64,000 nucleotides of DNA from Methanobacteriota archaeon (GCA_018650285.1 JABIGF010000028.1:68359-132358); one strand, 5' to 3'. Shown: positions 32,962-42,317, counted from the first letter of the stretch. Program-made: numbers and translations. Notes: generated from the sequence alone by a model not told the origin.

Positions 32962-34863
32962 TTATCTCAATGCATCAATATCTGCTTGATGTCTTTTCAT
33001 CAAAGCGCTTCTCTTTACCTTCAATGAAGGTGTAATTAATTCATTTGAAGTGGTCCATTCTTCAGAGTCTAGGATTACACCTCCAGAGATTTCGAATCCT
33101 TTCCAATTAGGTGCCATGACTTCTTTCTTTAGTGATTCAAGAACAAAGGTACGAACATCTGTAGATGCACAAAGTTCTGCAAAGGTACCAGAGTCATTTT
33201 TACCAGCAGCACGAAGTCCTTCTCTCAACACTTTTTCATTTGGATGAAGGATTGAGAAAGTCTTGATTTTATTTGTACCATCAACACAACACTGTTCAAC
33301 TAGTGCCGAAAGTTTCAGCGATTCTTCTAAAGGAGAAGGCGCAACATATTTTCCATTCTCTAACTTGAATTGTTCTTTGACACGTCCTGTTATCTTGATG
33401 AATCCATCATCTAATCGGCCAAGGTCACCAGTACGGAATCCGCCATCATTTGTCATGACTTCAGCAGTCGCATCTGGTTTATTCCAGTAACCTTTCATGA
33501 TATTAGGGCCATAAACGACGATTTCTCCATCGTCGCTATCTGGGTCGTCCCAAGCATCTTGATCAATCACAACACGTACGCCAGGTATTGCACGCCCAAC
33601 AGTTCCTAGTTTGCATGGGTGTCCTTCTTCCCAACCATTGAGAGAGATGAGAGGTGCAGTCTCGGTTAATCCATACCCTTCAAACATGGAAAATCCAACA
33701 CACTGAATGAATGAAGCAACTTCTGGAGATAGAGCCGCACCACCTGAGATACAGAATCGCATTTCCCCACCAAATCGTCCACGTATTTTTCCAAGAACAA
33801 TCTTGTCGAGTTTTTTGTCCATGAATCCATTTGGCTTGATTTTGATACAGTCTCTTCCATCCTTTGCAATTCTTGCTTTTGCCTTTCTAAAAGCAGCAGC
33901 ACCAAGGCGCTTTTTTATCGGTGAGGCGTTGAGTCCTGCCATTACTTTGCCATACAATTTGTTCCAAACTCTTGGTACAGCAAAGAGTGCATGTGGTTTT
34001 ATTTCTTGACACTCTTCTGCAATTTTTAGTACATCTGAAATTAGGTTAATGTGAATGCCCTGATGGACCATATAGTGTAAATCCCCCATTTGTCCAAATG
34101 AATGGGCCCAAGGCAAGAATGAAGCGGTTCTGTCACCTTTGTAAATAGGGAAGCGACCTTGCATCACAATGATGTTGTGTAGGATATTCCAATTGCTTAG
34201 CATTACACCCTTTGGATTACCGGTAGTTCCGCTTGTGTAGAGTAGAGTTGCTAATGCATTGGGGTCATGTTCTATTTCCCCTAATGGTTCTGATTGGCCT
34301 CCGGCGGCGACAAAATCAGACCATGATGTGACAAGAACACCCTCTGGAGGTATTGCGTTTGGACCTTCGTCTCCAACTAGAACCACACCACCAACTGGCC
34401 AAGATTCTTCAGGTAGGTGTTCACATAGTCTGTCAAGTACATCTGTGTCTGCAACTACAATTACTGTTGGTGTTGAATCTCCTATGATATAGGACCATTC
34501 TCCACCATGTTGATGAGTGTACATTCCTGTGTATGCTGCCCCAAGAGCGTTAGTCGCATATGCGATTGCAGCCCATTGTATTGAGTTGTTTAGAATCATT
34601 GCGACTCTGTCGCCTTTTTGCACACCAGCATCGCGCAAACTTCGAGAACATGAGTCAACAAGCGTACCAAATTCATTGAAAGTAACATGAATTCTTGGCG
34701 CACCTTTACTTGGAATATATCCGAAGAGTTTTGCATCATTGTTACGCCCTACGGCATTTCTCATCATTTCGTTTAGAGTTCTTGGGTCTCCATCAATCGG
34801 GTTATACCAGTCTCGGTCATTGGGTTGAATCGCCATTGAAATATTGTTTTCTTCATCACTCAT
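32962..34863 (-). CDS. Long-chain acyl-CoA synthetase (AMP-forming, FadD-like)
   Basis: The AMP-binding motif is LLYTSGTTGNPKGVMLSN. Other motifs are GYGLTET and TGDLGRLDDGFIKITGRVKEQFKLENGKYV. The ORF is open from a TTG at 34950, but the ATG at 34863 is preceded by GGTGA with a 5-nt spacer. Confidence 0.85.
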   Translation of the reverse strand: MSDEENNISMAIQPNDRDWYNPIDGDPRTLNEMMRNAVGRNNDAKLFGYIPSKGAPRIHVTFNEFGTLVDSCSRSLRDAGVQKGDRVAMILNNSIQWAAIAYATNALGAAYTGMYTHQHGGEWSYIIGDSTPTVIVVADTDVLDRLCEHLPEESWPVGGVVLVGDEGPNAIPPEGVLVTSWSDFVAAGGQSEPLGEIEHDPNALATLLYTSGTTGNPKGVMLSNWNILHNIIVMQGRFPIYKGDRTASFLPWAHSFGQMGDLHYMVHQGIHINLISDVLKIAEECQEIKPHALFAVPRVWNKLYGKVMAGLNASPIKKRLGAAAFRKAKARIAKDGRDCIKIKPNGFMDKKLDKIVLGKIRGRFGGEMRFCISGGAALSPEVASFIQCVGFSMFEGYGLTETAPLISLNGWEEGHPCKLGTVGRAIPGVRVVIDQDAWDDPDSDDGEIVVYGPNIMKGYWNKPDATAEVMTNDGGFRTGDLGRLDDGFIKITGRVKEQFKLENGKYVAPSPLEESLKLSALVEQCCVDGTNKIKTFSILHPNEKVLREGLRAAGKNDSGTFAELCASTDVRTFVLESLKKEVMAPNWKGFEISGGVILDSEEWTTSNELITPSLKVKRSALMKRHQADIDALR

Positions 34864-34957
34864 CTCTCTCACCGTCGCCAAGCGGTGATTTAACTTGCTA
34901 ATCAGTTTTAGGGCGGCATTAATTGAAGGGGATAATGCATATTTGTACAAGAATTAT

Positions 34958-35677
34958 TCACAAATCTGACAGAGTATTTCTAACTGCATCTCGCCAATCA
35001 GCGCCACCGTTTCGGTTGGAAAAAGGGCTAGCAGGTGATGGATGTGGTATTCTTTCGATTTCAATATCTATGCCAATAAGTGCTTTCTTGGCTTGCTTTT
35101 CGGCATAAGCACCCACCCCAATCACTTTTTTTGCATCAAGAATCTCAACCACATCTCTAAGATGTTGGTCACAGAGTGAGAGCAGGTCTTTTGCTGCAGT
35201 TCCGCTTAATTTGTCAGGGGTCAAATTTTTGCCATTGTCATCAAACATTAACAGCGGACAGTGGTTGACAACGAATAATTTCTGATGAGATAATTCGGCA
35301 CTACCAAACATCTCCTCAATAATGCTCCAAAGGCGAGTTCCAGAAACTTCATTCCTCGTTGAATCAAGTCCAATAACTGGGCGCTTCTTATGCAACCTTG
35401 GTGGTTGTTTTACTTCACCTTGTAGCCCGAGATAACTGATAGTTTTGTCAACATCTCCGAAAGGAACACCTGTTTGCCCCATCCCCCATGGCCCCGGGTT
35501 CATCCCTAGAAGTATGGTTTTAGCGCCCAATTCGCCATATTTGGTGAGGTAGTGGTTGTGTACTTCCCACGCATAATTAAGAGGATTGTATACCATTGAT
35601 ACCGGTTTTGACAATTTAGAAGAGAGTGCATCGCACGCTTGCGAGAGGCTCTTTGCCGCCATAGCTAACTCATTCAA
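34958..35677 (-). CDS. SMUG1-type uracil-DNA glycosylase (UDG family 3)
   Basis: Both family-defining motifs are present: LLGMNPGPWGMGQTGVPFG and IPHPSPASPFSN. The TTG start is preceded by GGAGGTG and overlaps the upstream stop by 4 nt. Confidence 0.85.
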   Translation of the reverse strand: MNELAMAAKSLSQACDALSSKLSKPVSMVYNPLNYAWEVHNHYLTKYGELGAKTILLGMNPGPWGMGQTGVPFGDVDKTISYLGLQGEVKQPPRLHKKRPVIGLDSTRNEVSGTRLWSIIEEMFGSAELSHQKLFVVNHCPLLMFDDNGKNLTPDKLSGTAAKDLLSLCDQHLRDVVEILDAKKVIGVGAYAEKQAKKALIGIDIEIERIPHPSPASPFSNRNGGADWRDAVRNTLSDL

Positions 35678-37326
35678 TCCACCACCTCCAATACTTGCAA
35701 AGCCAACTCCGGCGCATCAATATTTACTGATGTAAACGCCTCTTCAACAGAGGAGAATTGTTTGCCGCGGTGTTGCCTTTTTACTCGCTCACTGATTAAT
35801 TTCCAAGCAGATTTTTCTCCTATTCCAGTTATTGCTTCTAACTGTTTTTGACTTACTGTATTTATGTCAAGAGATGCTTCAACTGCTGACATTGATCTCT
35901 TTCCGTGGCCAGTGATAATGACATCTGAAATCGACTCAAGTGGAATATGATATGGTACTCCAATAAGGATTGGATAGGCGCCAATTTGACGGCCAAAGGT
36001 GACACCAGACCCACCTCTACAAGATTCACTTCTGTGATTTTCGTCAGTTACATTGCTAGGCATCCTAATCCGTTCGTCATGACTTTCCCAGCGTACTTGA
36101 CCCAATTTTTGACCAAGAGGAAACATTTCTTGAAGCAGTGGCGCATCAATTTCATCACGAACCCACTCTTTGAACTCACTAAATTCAGGTTCAGATATTT
36201 CTTGAAATCCCTCACCTTCGACTTGGCGGATATTGATTCTCCGCAACCAAGCACCATTTTCTCGTAATTCTGTAAGGAGTTGTTGATTCAATTGGTAAGT
36301 ATTTGCTGTTTCACCGTTCAATCCAGCAATGAAATTCAAGCCCGGTAGTAGTTTTGGTAATCCTCTAGGCCCCCTTTCACGACCAAATTTATTGATATGC
36401 TCAACTGCACTTTTCAATTGTTTTGAATCACAGTTTAGCCAGTTTGCTGCATGTACATTAGGGTCAGCAGATTCCAATCCAAAAGAGAGAACACTACCAT
36501 CGCTGAGCGTTTCTATCAGTGTGTTGGTAATCTCACCAGCCAATTCAAGATGCTCAGCGATGATACTTGGATTTGCATTATCAGTATGCAGAATGTCAAG
36601 TCGTTCATCATCTCTTAATCCATGCAATAGTTTTGCTAATGGTTTTGGGTTTGGTTGCGGATATTCTAGTTCAACCACGCCATCAGCCATGTAGGTGTAA
36701 ATGTCGGTCATGCCGCCCAGTCTCACGTTTGTAACGCCGGAATCAAGGGCAATTTCAACTTCTTTGATGACCTCTTCAGGGCTTCTCCATATCGGTACAC
36801 CCTTCTTGGGTTCAATACAAAATTTGCATCCCCGTTTGTATCTAACACAGCCTTGGTAAACTTCAACTTCGTAGGTTAGAGGTCCGAGTATCTTCTCATC
36901 CTCTCTCATGATTACTAGATCAGGATGCTCTAGAACAGCCTTTGATGCTGCTCCATGATTTGCCCACAAATTCCACTGTTCGTGGTTTCTTCTTTGGTGT
37001 TTGAATTCACCATTTTCAAGAAAATAATTCAGAGTAGCATCAGTATCTTGGACGCAGAGAAATAGATTGGCTCGTAATGGAGTCCACCCTTGTTGCCTCC
37101 AGCCTCGAACCGCCCATCCACCAGCAATCATCGGTACATTTCGTGGCACAGTGCGTAGAAGTTCATCTGTTTCCCGCAATGAAACAGGTGTGCCACGCAG
37201 GTATTTTCCTGGGACGATTGCTCCAGCAAGGAGGACAATCCCTTCACATTCGGATAAATCAGGCCGCCTACCAAGTCGCCATTGGTCAATAGTGACATAG
37301 TCATAGTCTAGATTTTTTGATTCCAA
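35674..37326 (-). CDS. Radical-SAM-superfamily protein with a C-terminal helix-hairpin-helix (HhH) motif (archaeal family of unknown function)
   Basis: The Cys cluster is GCVRYKRGCKFC. A TIM-barrel-like core has GLESADP, and the C-terminal HhH is LEAITGIGEKSAWKLI. The called start is a TTG. The frame stays open upstream to about 37428 and encodes the conserved-looking segment LVIDGYEDEPAAFGVPPYIG (see findings). Confidence 0.75.
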   Translation of the reverse strand: MESKNLDYDYVTIDQWRLGRRPDLSECEGIVLLAGAIVPGKYLRGTPVSLRETDELLRTVPRNVPMIAGGWAVRGWRQQGWTPLRANLFLCVQDTDATLNYFLENGEFKHQRRNHEQWNLWANHGAASKAVLEHPDLVIMREDEKILGPLTYEVEVYQGCVRYKRGCKFCIEPKKGVPIWRSPEEVIKEVEIALDSGVTNVRLGGMTDIYTYMADGVVELEYPQPNPKPLAKLLHGLRDDERLDILHTDNANPSIIAEHLELAGEITNTLIETLSDGSVLSFGLESADPNVHAANWLNCDSKQLKSAVEHINKFGRERGPRGLPKLLPGLNFIAGLNGETANTYQLNQQLLTELRENGAWLRRINIRQVEGEGFQEISEPEFSEFKEWVRDEIDAPLLQEMFPLGQKLGQVRWESHDERIRMPSNVTDENHRSESCRGGSGVTFGRQIGAYPILIGVPYHIPLESISDVIITGHGKRSMSAVEASLDINTVSQKQLEAITGIGEKSAWKLISERVKRQHRGKQFSSVEEAFTSVNIDAPELALQVLEVVD

Positions 37327-37491
37327 GACGCCACAGATGTAACGTATGTGAAATCCAATGTATGGGGGGACACCAAATGCTGCGGGTTCATCTTCGTAAC
37401 CATCGATAACTAGCCATGTCAGATGAATCCCCCCTGCCTGCGGGTAGGGTCATCAGTTGTCAGCAATTCCCTTGCTGATGCAATAATTGGC

Positions 37492-38793
37492 TCAGCGGCG
37501 TTCTCTACGATTATCTCGGCCTCGGTTTCCGCCACCGCGTCCACCACGCCTGTCGCCACCTCGGCCACCGCCAGATTTCGCTTCTTGGACGGTTAATTTA
37601 CGACCGCCCAACTTTAGATTCTTCAGATTTGGAAGCGCTTTCTTTCCAGTAGCATGGCTAGCATAAGTGATGAAAGCAAACCCTTTGCCCTGTCCTGTTT
37701 CTCGGTCAGTTGCAATATGTACTTCTTTCAATTCACCATGTTCTGCAAATAATGCAGTGAGTTCTTCTTGGTCAGTTTCGTAAGGCAATCCACCAATGAA
37801 CATCTTGAATCCAGCCGTTTCTTGGCCTGCCGCTTTTGCAGCAAGTAGAATTTTTCTTTCTGCAGCTAACTCATCAGGTGTTGCTTCACCATCTTCGATT
37901 TTAGCCATGCATGGTCGACAGCGAATTGGTTTTCCAGGTGTAGGCTTGAATGGTACTTCGCAATCATCCGAACAAAGTGTACACTTTGTCTTGTGCATCT
38001 CTCGACGTGGTCTGCTATCACGACCTCCACGGCCACCACCACCACTACCACGTCCAAGGAATTGTTTTGGAATTTCATGAACTGAACCGCGACGATAGTC
38101 TGCCAATGGTGAAAGATATGGGCGTGAACCATCGTGTGAAAGGCGAGCCTCTGCATCAGAAGACCAGCGCTCACCACCACGGTTGAGGGCACTGTTTCCA
38201 CTTCCTTCTTCGAAGAAACCGTGGCCGTAATCATCTGCTAATCCACGGTATGCGGTATAGTCACAGCGAGTGCAAGCGACATTGAAATCATCAACAGCAT
38301 CACTTGGCACTAATATTTCGCCACATGCTGGGCATGCTGCATGAAGTACACCATAACGTGCCTTGGTTTTTGTTGAGAGACGCATTACTGGCTTAGTTTG
38401 AATCACCTCAGCACGAATAACATCGTTGAGTCGCATTGCATCTCCTGGGGCAGGGAGGAATCTGTCAACAACTTCTGCGACAAAGACATCTCCGAATAAT
38501 TGCTCAGCAGGAAGGTCGCGAATTGGCTTTCCTTCTACATGTAATATTTTGATTTCAGCAGTCTTTGTTTGTAATCTAGCGACTTGACCAATCACTACAT
38601 CTCCGACTTCAGGAAGTCTTGGGCCATCGGTAGCAGGTGAAACAGTTACACATTCTCCATCTAATGCAACTATCCCTATTCGTGTAGCGACTAGTGAACC
38701 TTCTACTTCGGCAACACCAGTGCCAGCATCTCCTGAGAGACTGATCTTCTCTCCTGGGGTGACAAACTCCCCTTCACTAACTGAACTTGACAT
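37492..38793 (-). CDS. csl4: Exosome cap subunit Csl4 fused to a zinc ribbon, an RRM domain and RGG boxes
   Basis: Residues 1-182 form a Csl4 N-domain, an S1 domain and a CPAC...CTRC zinc ribbon. Residues 246-264 are Arg/Gly-rich. Residues 271-295 are CTLCSDDCEVPFKPTPGKPIRCRPC. Residues 329-406 form an RRM with RNP-2 (MFIGGL) and RNP-1 (KGFAFITY). Residues 407-433 form the RGG tail (GGGRGGDRRGGRGGGNRGRDNRRERR). Confidence 0.85.
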   Translation of the reverse strand: MSSSVSEGEFVTPGEKISLSGDAGTGVAEVEGSLVATRIGIVALDGECVTVSPATDGPRLPEVGDVVIGQVARLQTKTAEIKILHVEGKPIRDLPAEQLFGDVFVAEVVDRFLPAPGDAMRLNDVIRAEVIQTKPVMRLSTKTKARYGVLHAACPACGEILVPSDAVDDFNVACTRCDYTAYRGLADDYGHGFFEEGSGNSALNRGGERWSSDAEARLSHDGSRPYLSPLADYRRGSVHEIPKQFLGRGSGGGGRGGRDSRPRREMHKTKCTLCSDDCEVPFKPTPGKPIRCRPCMAKIEDGEATPDELAAERKILLAAKAAGQETAGFKMFIGGLPYETDQEELTALFAEHGELKEVHIATDRETGQGKGFAFITYASHATGKKALPNLKNLKLGGRKLTVQEAKSGGGRGGDRRGGRGGGNRGRDNRRERR

Positions 38794-38875
38794 GAGAATG
38801 TGACTCCTGAAGCATCTCTACGAGATGGTTTGTTGATGCGGCCGACCCGACAGGGGTTCTTCAAGCCGCCGGATA

Positions 38876-39526
38876 CTACTTATTTGGGGTCAATCGCCAA
38901 AATGCGGCCTGAGTTTTGTTTCTTTGCGATGTGTGGTGTTCAAAATTTGCTGGAAGAGCGAAGTCAGCGACACCATATTTTTCAGCATTCCATCCTGCAT
39001 CGGAGAAGAATGGTTCGATATGTGTCGCTTTGGCGCTGTGAAGAAGATGAGCAGTTGCTCCACAATCTATTATCGCTTGGAAAAAAGGTCGGTCAGCATG
39101 CATCTTTTGTCGACCCCAAGGTGGATTTGTAATTACTAAATCAACATCTGAGATATGATGCAGTTCTGCCTCAAGTATGGAGGCTAAATCATCTGCTCCT
39201 ATCGTTGCATGTATGGGGACACCCATCTCCCAGAAACCTTCACCCTTTAGGTTCGATTTTGCTACACCCCATGCTTCTTCATCGGCTTCGATTGCAAGTG
39301 CTTTTCCTGCACCTAAAAGCAATGCTCCGACCGCCATGATGCCATTGCCACAACCAAGGTCGGCAACCATGCAATCTTGAGTTAAATCACCAAACTCAAT
39401 GATGTCCATTAGCCAGCGTGCCGCAAGTTCACCTTCAATGCTGTATTGCTCTAATTCAACATTATTGCAGGGGTGTTGCTCCAACTGTGATAGCGTGATT
39501 GCGAGTTGCTTTAGCCCCCCTGCCAT
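38876..39526 (-). CDS. SAM-dependent N6-adenine-type methyltransferase (METTL5 / predicted RNA methylase family)
   Basis: The SAM motif is VADLGCGNGIMAVG and the catalytic tetrad is ITNPPWG. It lies directly upstream of csl4, a neighbourhood I recall as recurrent in archaea. Confidence 0.75.
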   Translation of the reverse strand: MAGGLKQLAITLSQLEQHPCNNVELEQYSIEGELAARWLMDIIEFGDLTQDCMVADLGCGNGIMAVGALLLGAGKALAIEADEEAWGVAKSNLKGEGFWEMGVPIHATIGADDLASILEAELHHISDVDLVITNPPWGRQKMHADRPFFQAIIDCGATAHLLHSAKATHIEPFFSDAGWNAEKYGVADFALPANFEHHTSQRNKTQAAFWRLTPNK

Positions 39527-39608
39527 ATTTGTCCGGCGGCGACATCTAACATCAAATCACTTGCTTGAGTTGAATGAAAATAATGAAACAAGGGTGGAGC
39601 CTTGAGTT

Positions 39609-39965
39609 TCAAAAATCTCGCATCAGGTCTTTCAAATTGTGAGTTGCTTGTTGAGATGCCTGGCGATGAACTCCGTTATTTACGGGTTTGTTAGTGCCAC
39701 CATTATCCCCATTTTGTTGAATAGCGGCAATAGTTTTTGCAGTCTCTGCTTGAGCCTCAGATAAGTGCTTTCCACTTCTTTGACTTGCTAGTGCTAGTGC
39801 TTCGTTTCGAAGTTTAATCATTGTTTCTTGCCCTGGGAGTGTATCTCCACAGAAACGACAGAATTTCGTTACATCTTCCTGTTGTTCTGAGCAGGATGGG
39901 CAGTACACCATGGGTAACGAGCCTTGCCCACTGCTGACTGCAATTGAACTTGCCGCCGGAATCAC
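39609..39965 (-). CDS. Hypothetical zinc-ribbon protein
   Basis: CPSC-x11-CRFCG is followed by a helical Ala/Gln-rich region. The true start is probably at the internal MVYCPSC. Confidence 0.5.
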   Translation of the reverse strand: MIPAASSIAVSSGQGSLPMVYCPSCSEQQEDVTKFCRFCGDTLPGQETMIKLRNEALALASQRSGKHLSEAQAETAKTIAAIQQNGDNGGTNKPVNNGVHRQASQQATHNLKDLMRDF

Positions 39966-40013
39966 TCATACAAAAGAAGTTGAAGTATAATTACAACAAC
40001 ATTCTATTTGTTA

Positions 40014-41066
40014 TTAGTTCGCATTTTCAATGAAGATGGACCAGACATCTAGGCCAGCCGCAGTTGCACGTTCAGAAACCTCTTGGAAAGCAGGGCTTTC
40101 AAGAATTTGTTCAGCCTCTAATCCTCCTGCTTTCAACAGTTGAATAGTGTCTAACAATTCTACTTTTATCTCCACACCTTCACCTTTAGGTCCTTCATCA
40201 GGGGTAGGGATTGCAGTTGGAATTTCTTCAGTAATTGTATTGTCTACATCTGCTTTTGTTTGCTTTTGTGGCGCATCCACAGGGACTGGTGAAAGACTTG
40301 AAGGAACAGGAGCTTCTTCTTCCATAACCGGTGTTGCTGGTTCAGGGATTGTTACTGGTGCACCACCAAGTGAAGGTATTGAAATTGGGCCAGACGGCAT
40401 CACAAATGCAGGTGTGTCAGGTACTGCTGTAGGTGTGCTTGGTGTATTTACTACAGGAGCAGGTGTTTCAGGTGCAACCATTCCAGCGCCAAAACTATGA
40501 GTTAAATCGGCTAATTTCCCAGCAAATGCAGAATCTTCTGTTGCATTGCTGTTGATTGTGGCCGTTGCAGATGGTGAAGTTAACCATGCTTTAGCATTAA
40601 TTTCATGAGGCGATTTCGCTAGTGGTAGTACATCTAGTGATTCAAGCCAAGGATCTCTAAACATCGTCCATTTTGTTGAAGTAAAATCTTCAGCGTTTTC
40701 AGAGGGGGTGATGATAACCTCTTCTCTAAGCCATTCGTCTTTTGCCAAAGGTCCGACCCACTTACCGAGGTCTTCTAGCGCGACATCAAGAAACATGAAT
40801 GATGCTGTTTTCGGGTCAAACCCACCTTCTTCAATATCTCCCGCTTCTGCACGTGGGCGATAGAAAAGAGACCAACACGGGTGTTTGAGTTGAAGTGTAG
40901 CGGCGTGTCCCTCAAATTTTTGGCGGTGATGGCGTTGAATCAAAATCAAAAGTTGTGTGCGTTGGTGGCCAGACTGCCAAATGGTTGCAAGTTGCTGTGG
41001 TATTGACTCGGTCAAACTTGCTAGGCTGACGTCCTTCAATATCTCTACTTGCGCCATCTTACTCAA
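40014..41066 (-). CDS. Hypothetical protein with a central Pro/Thr/Ala-rich linker
   Basis: The 350-aa ORF has a globular N-domain, the linker PETPAPVVNTPSTPTAVPDTPAFVMPSGP and a small helical C-domain. No family recognised. Confidence 0.55.
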   Translation of the reverse strand: MSKMAQVEILKDVSLASLTESIPQQLATIWQSGHQRTQLLILIQRHHRQKFEGHAATLQLKHPCWSLFYRPRAEAGDIEEGGFDPKTASFMFLDVALEDLGKWVGPLAKDEWLREEVIITPSENAEDFTSTKWTMFRDPWLESLDVLPLAKSPHEINAKAWLTSPSATATINSNATEDSAFAGKLADLTHSFGAGMVAPETPAPVVNTPSTPTAVPDTPAFVMPSGPISIPSLGGAPVTIPEPATPVMEEEAPVPSSLSPVPVDAPQKQTKADVDNTITEEIPTAIPTPDEGPKGEGVEIKVELLDTIQLLKAGGLEAEQILESPAFQEVSERATAAGLDVWSIFIENAN

Positions 41067-41101
41067 GCAGACGACTCGGGCACTTAGTTAGAAGTTTATG
41101 C

Positions 41102-42193
41102 TCACAAGAGCAGTTCTTGCTTGAATGCAAGTTCGGCTAGAAGTAGGCATCCTCCTGCGGCGCCGCGAATAGTATTTTCAGAAAACGCTGAGAAACTCAA
41201 AACATTTCTTTCAACTGATAAATTGCTGATTACGATAGCCATTCCGGCTTTCAAATCTATTGCAGGGTCGCGGTTTTGAGGGTTTGTTGCCCCCGCCCAA
41301 CAATCTTCTTTTGGAGATATGTCATCATCTCTAATGATTATGGGATTAATCGGCGCCGAAGGCAGATCTAACGTTTGTGGTAGTGAAGTATAGTTGGCAA
41401 GCAGGTCAACAACATCATTCAATTCAGGTTCTCCATCAAGTTCTGTTTTGACATGAACAGTATGGCCGAATTGCCGCATGATTCTTTGGCATGCAATATT
41501 TGTTGAGAAGGTGGCCGGCGAAATTGTACTTGATTCAATTTTTCCAAGAAGGCGAAGTGCCTCTTCCGCAATCTTTTCTGCTTCCCCAGGTATTTCAGGA
41601 TTTATTGCGGTTGAATTTGTTGCGGCAGCCATCAATTCCAGCCCACCGCCAGACAATGATTGTTCACTTCGAACATTGAGTGAAATAATTCCAAATTTTG
41701 TTGCTATAGTTGCCAATGGTATAGCTACAGGCATTACGGTGCAATTAGTTGAACAAGCGATAGCACCGCTGCCGTTGTTTCTTTGTAGAGTGAATAATTG
41801 CAAATGTTCTGGATTCAACTCAGGAATGACTAGAGGGACGTCACTATCCATTCTGTGTGCTGCTGAATTTGAAAAGACAAAATTTCCTCCCGCTCTTAGT
41901 ATTGATTCAATAAGTTCTGCTTCGGCTGTAGGCAGGGCTGAAAATACCAATTGGATATTTAATTTCCTTAATTGAAAGTTAAGTTCATTATTGGGGCAAT
42001 TAATCACCTTGATATCTGGTAATTCAGGTGGTGTTTCTGGCAAATTCCAAGGTAATTCTTGTAGTGAAATACCACTATTTTTTGAGGAACCAAATACAGC
42101 CGCTAACTCAAACCAAGGGTGGTTGGCCAAGCGTTGTTGGAATCGTTGAGAGACAATTCCACTTGAACCGAGTAGTGCTACTTTCAATCGCAT
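41102..42193 (-). CDS. asd: Aspartate-semialdehyde dehydrogenase (archaeal type)
   Basis: The N-terminal Rossmann motif is VALLGSSGIVSQRFQQRLANHPWFEL. The active-site Cys lies in CSTNCTVMPVAIPL. The C-terminal motif is IRGAAGGCLLLAEL. Confidence 0.8.
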   Translation of the reverse strand: MRLKVALLGSSGIVSQRFQQRLANHPWFELAAVFGSSKNSGISLQELPWNLPETPPELPDIKVINCPNNELNFQLRKLNIQLVFSALPTAEAELIESILRAGGNFVFSNSAAHRMDSDVPLVIPELNPEHLQLFTLQRNNGSGAIACSTNCTVMPVAIPLATIATKFGIISLNVRSEQSLSGGGLELMAAATNSTAINPEIPGEAEKIAEEALRLLGKIESSTISPATFSTNIACQRIMRQFGHTVHVKTELDGEPELNDVVDLLANYTSLPQTLDLPSAPINPIIIRDDDISPKEDCWAGATNPQNRDPAIDLKAGMAIVISNLSVERNVLSFSAFSENTIRGAAGGCLLLAELAFKQELLL

Positions 42194-42317
42194 CTATTCT
42201 CCCCATTCTCCTCGAAATCTCTCTGCTTCATAGCAACGCCGGTTGAAGCGACATGCTCTTGGACCGCCGCTTCAAGTTGCACTTGTTTCAAATAGGGTGG
42301 CATCCAGAGGCGATTTA

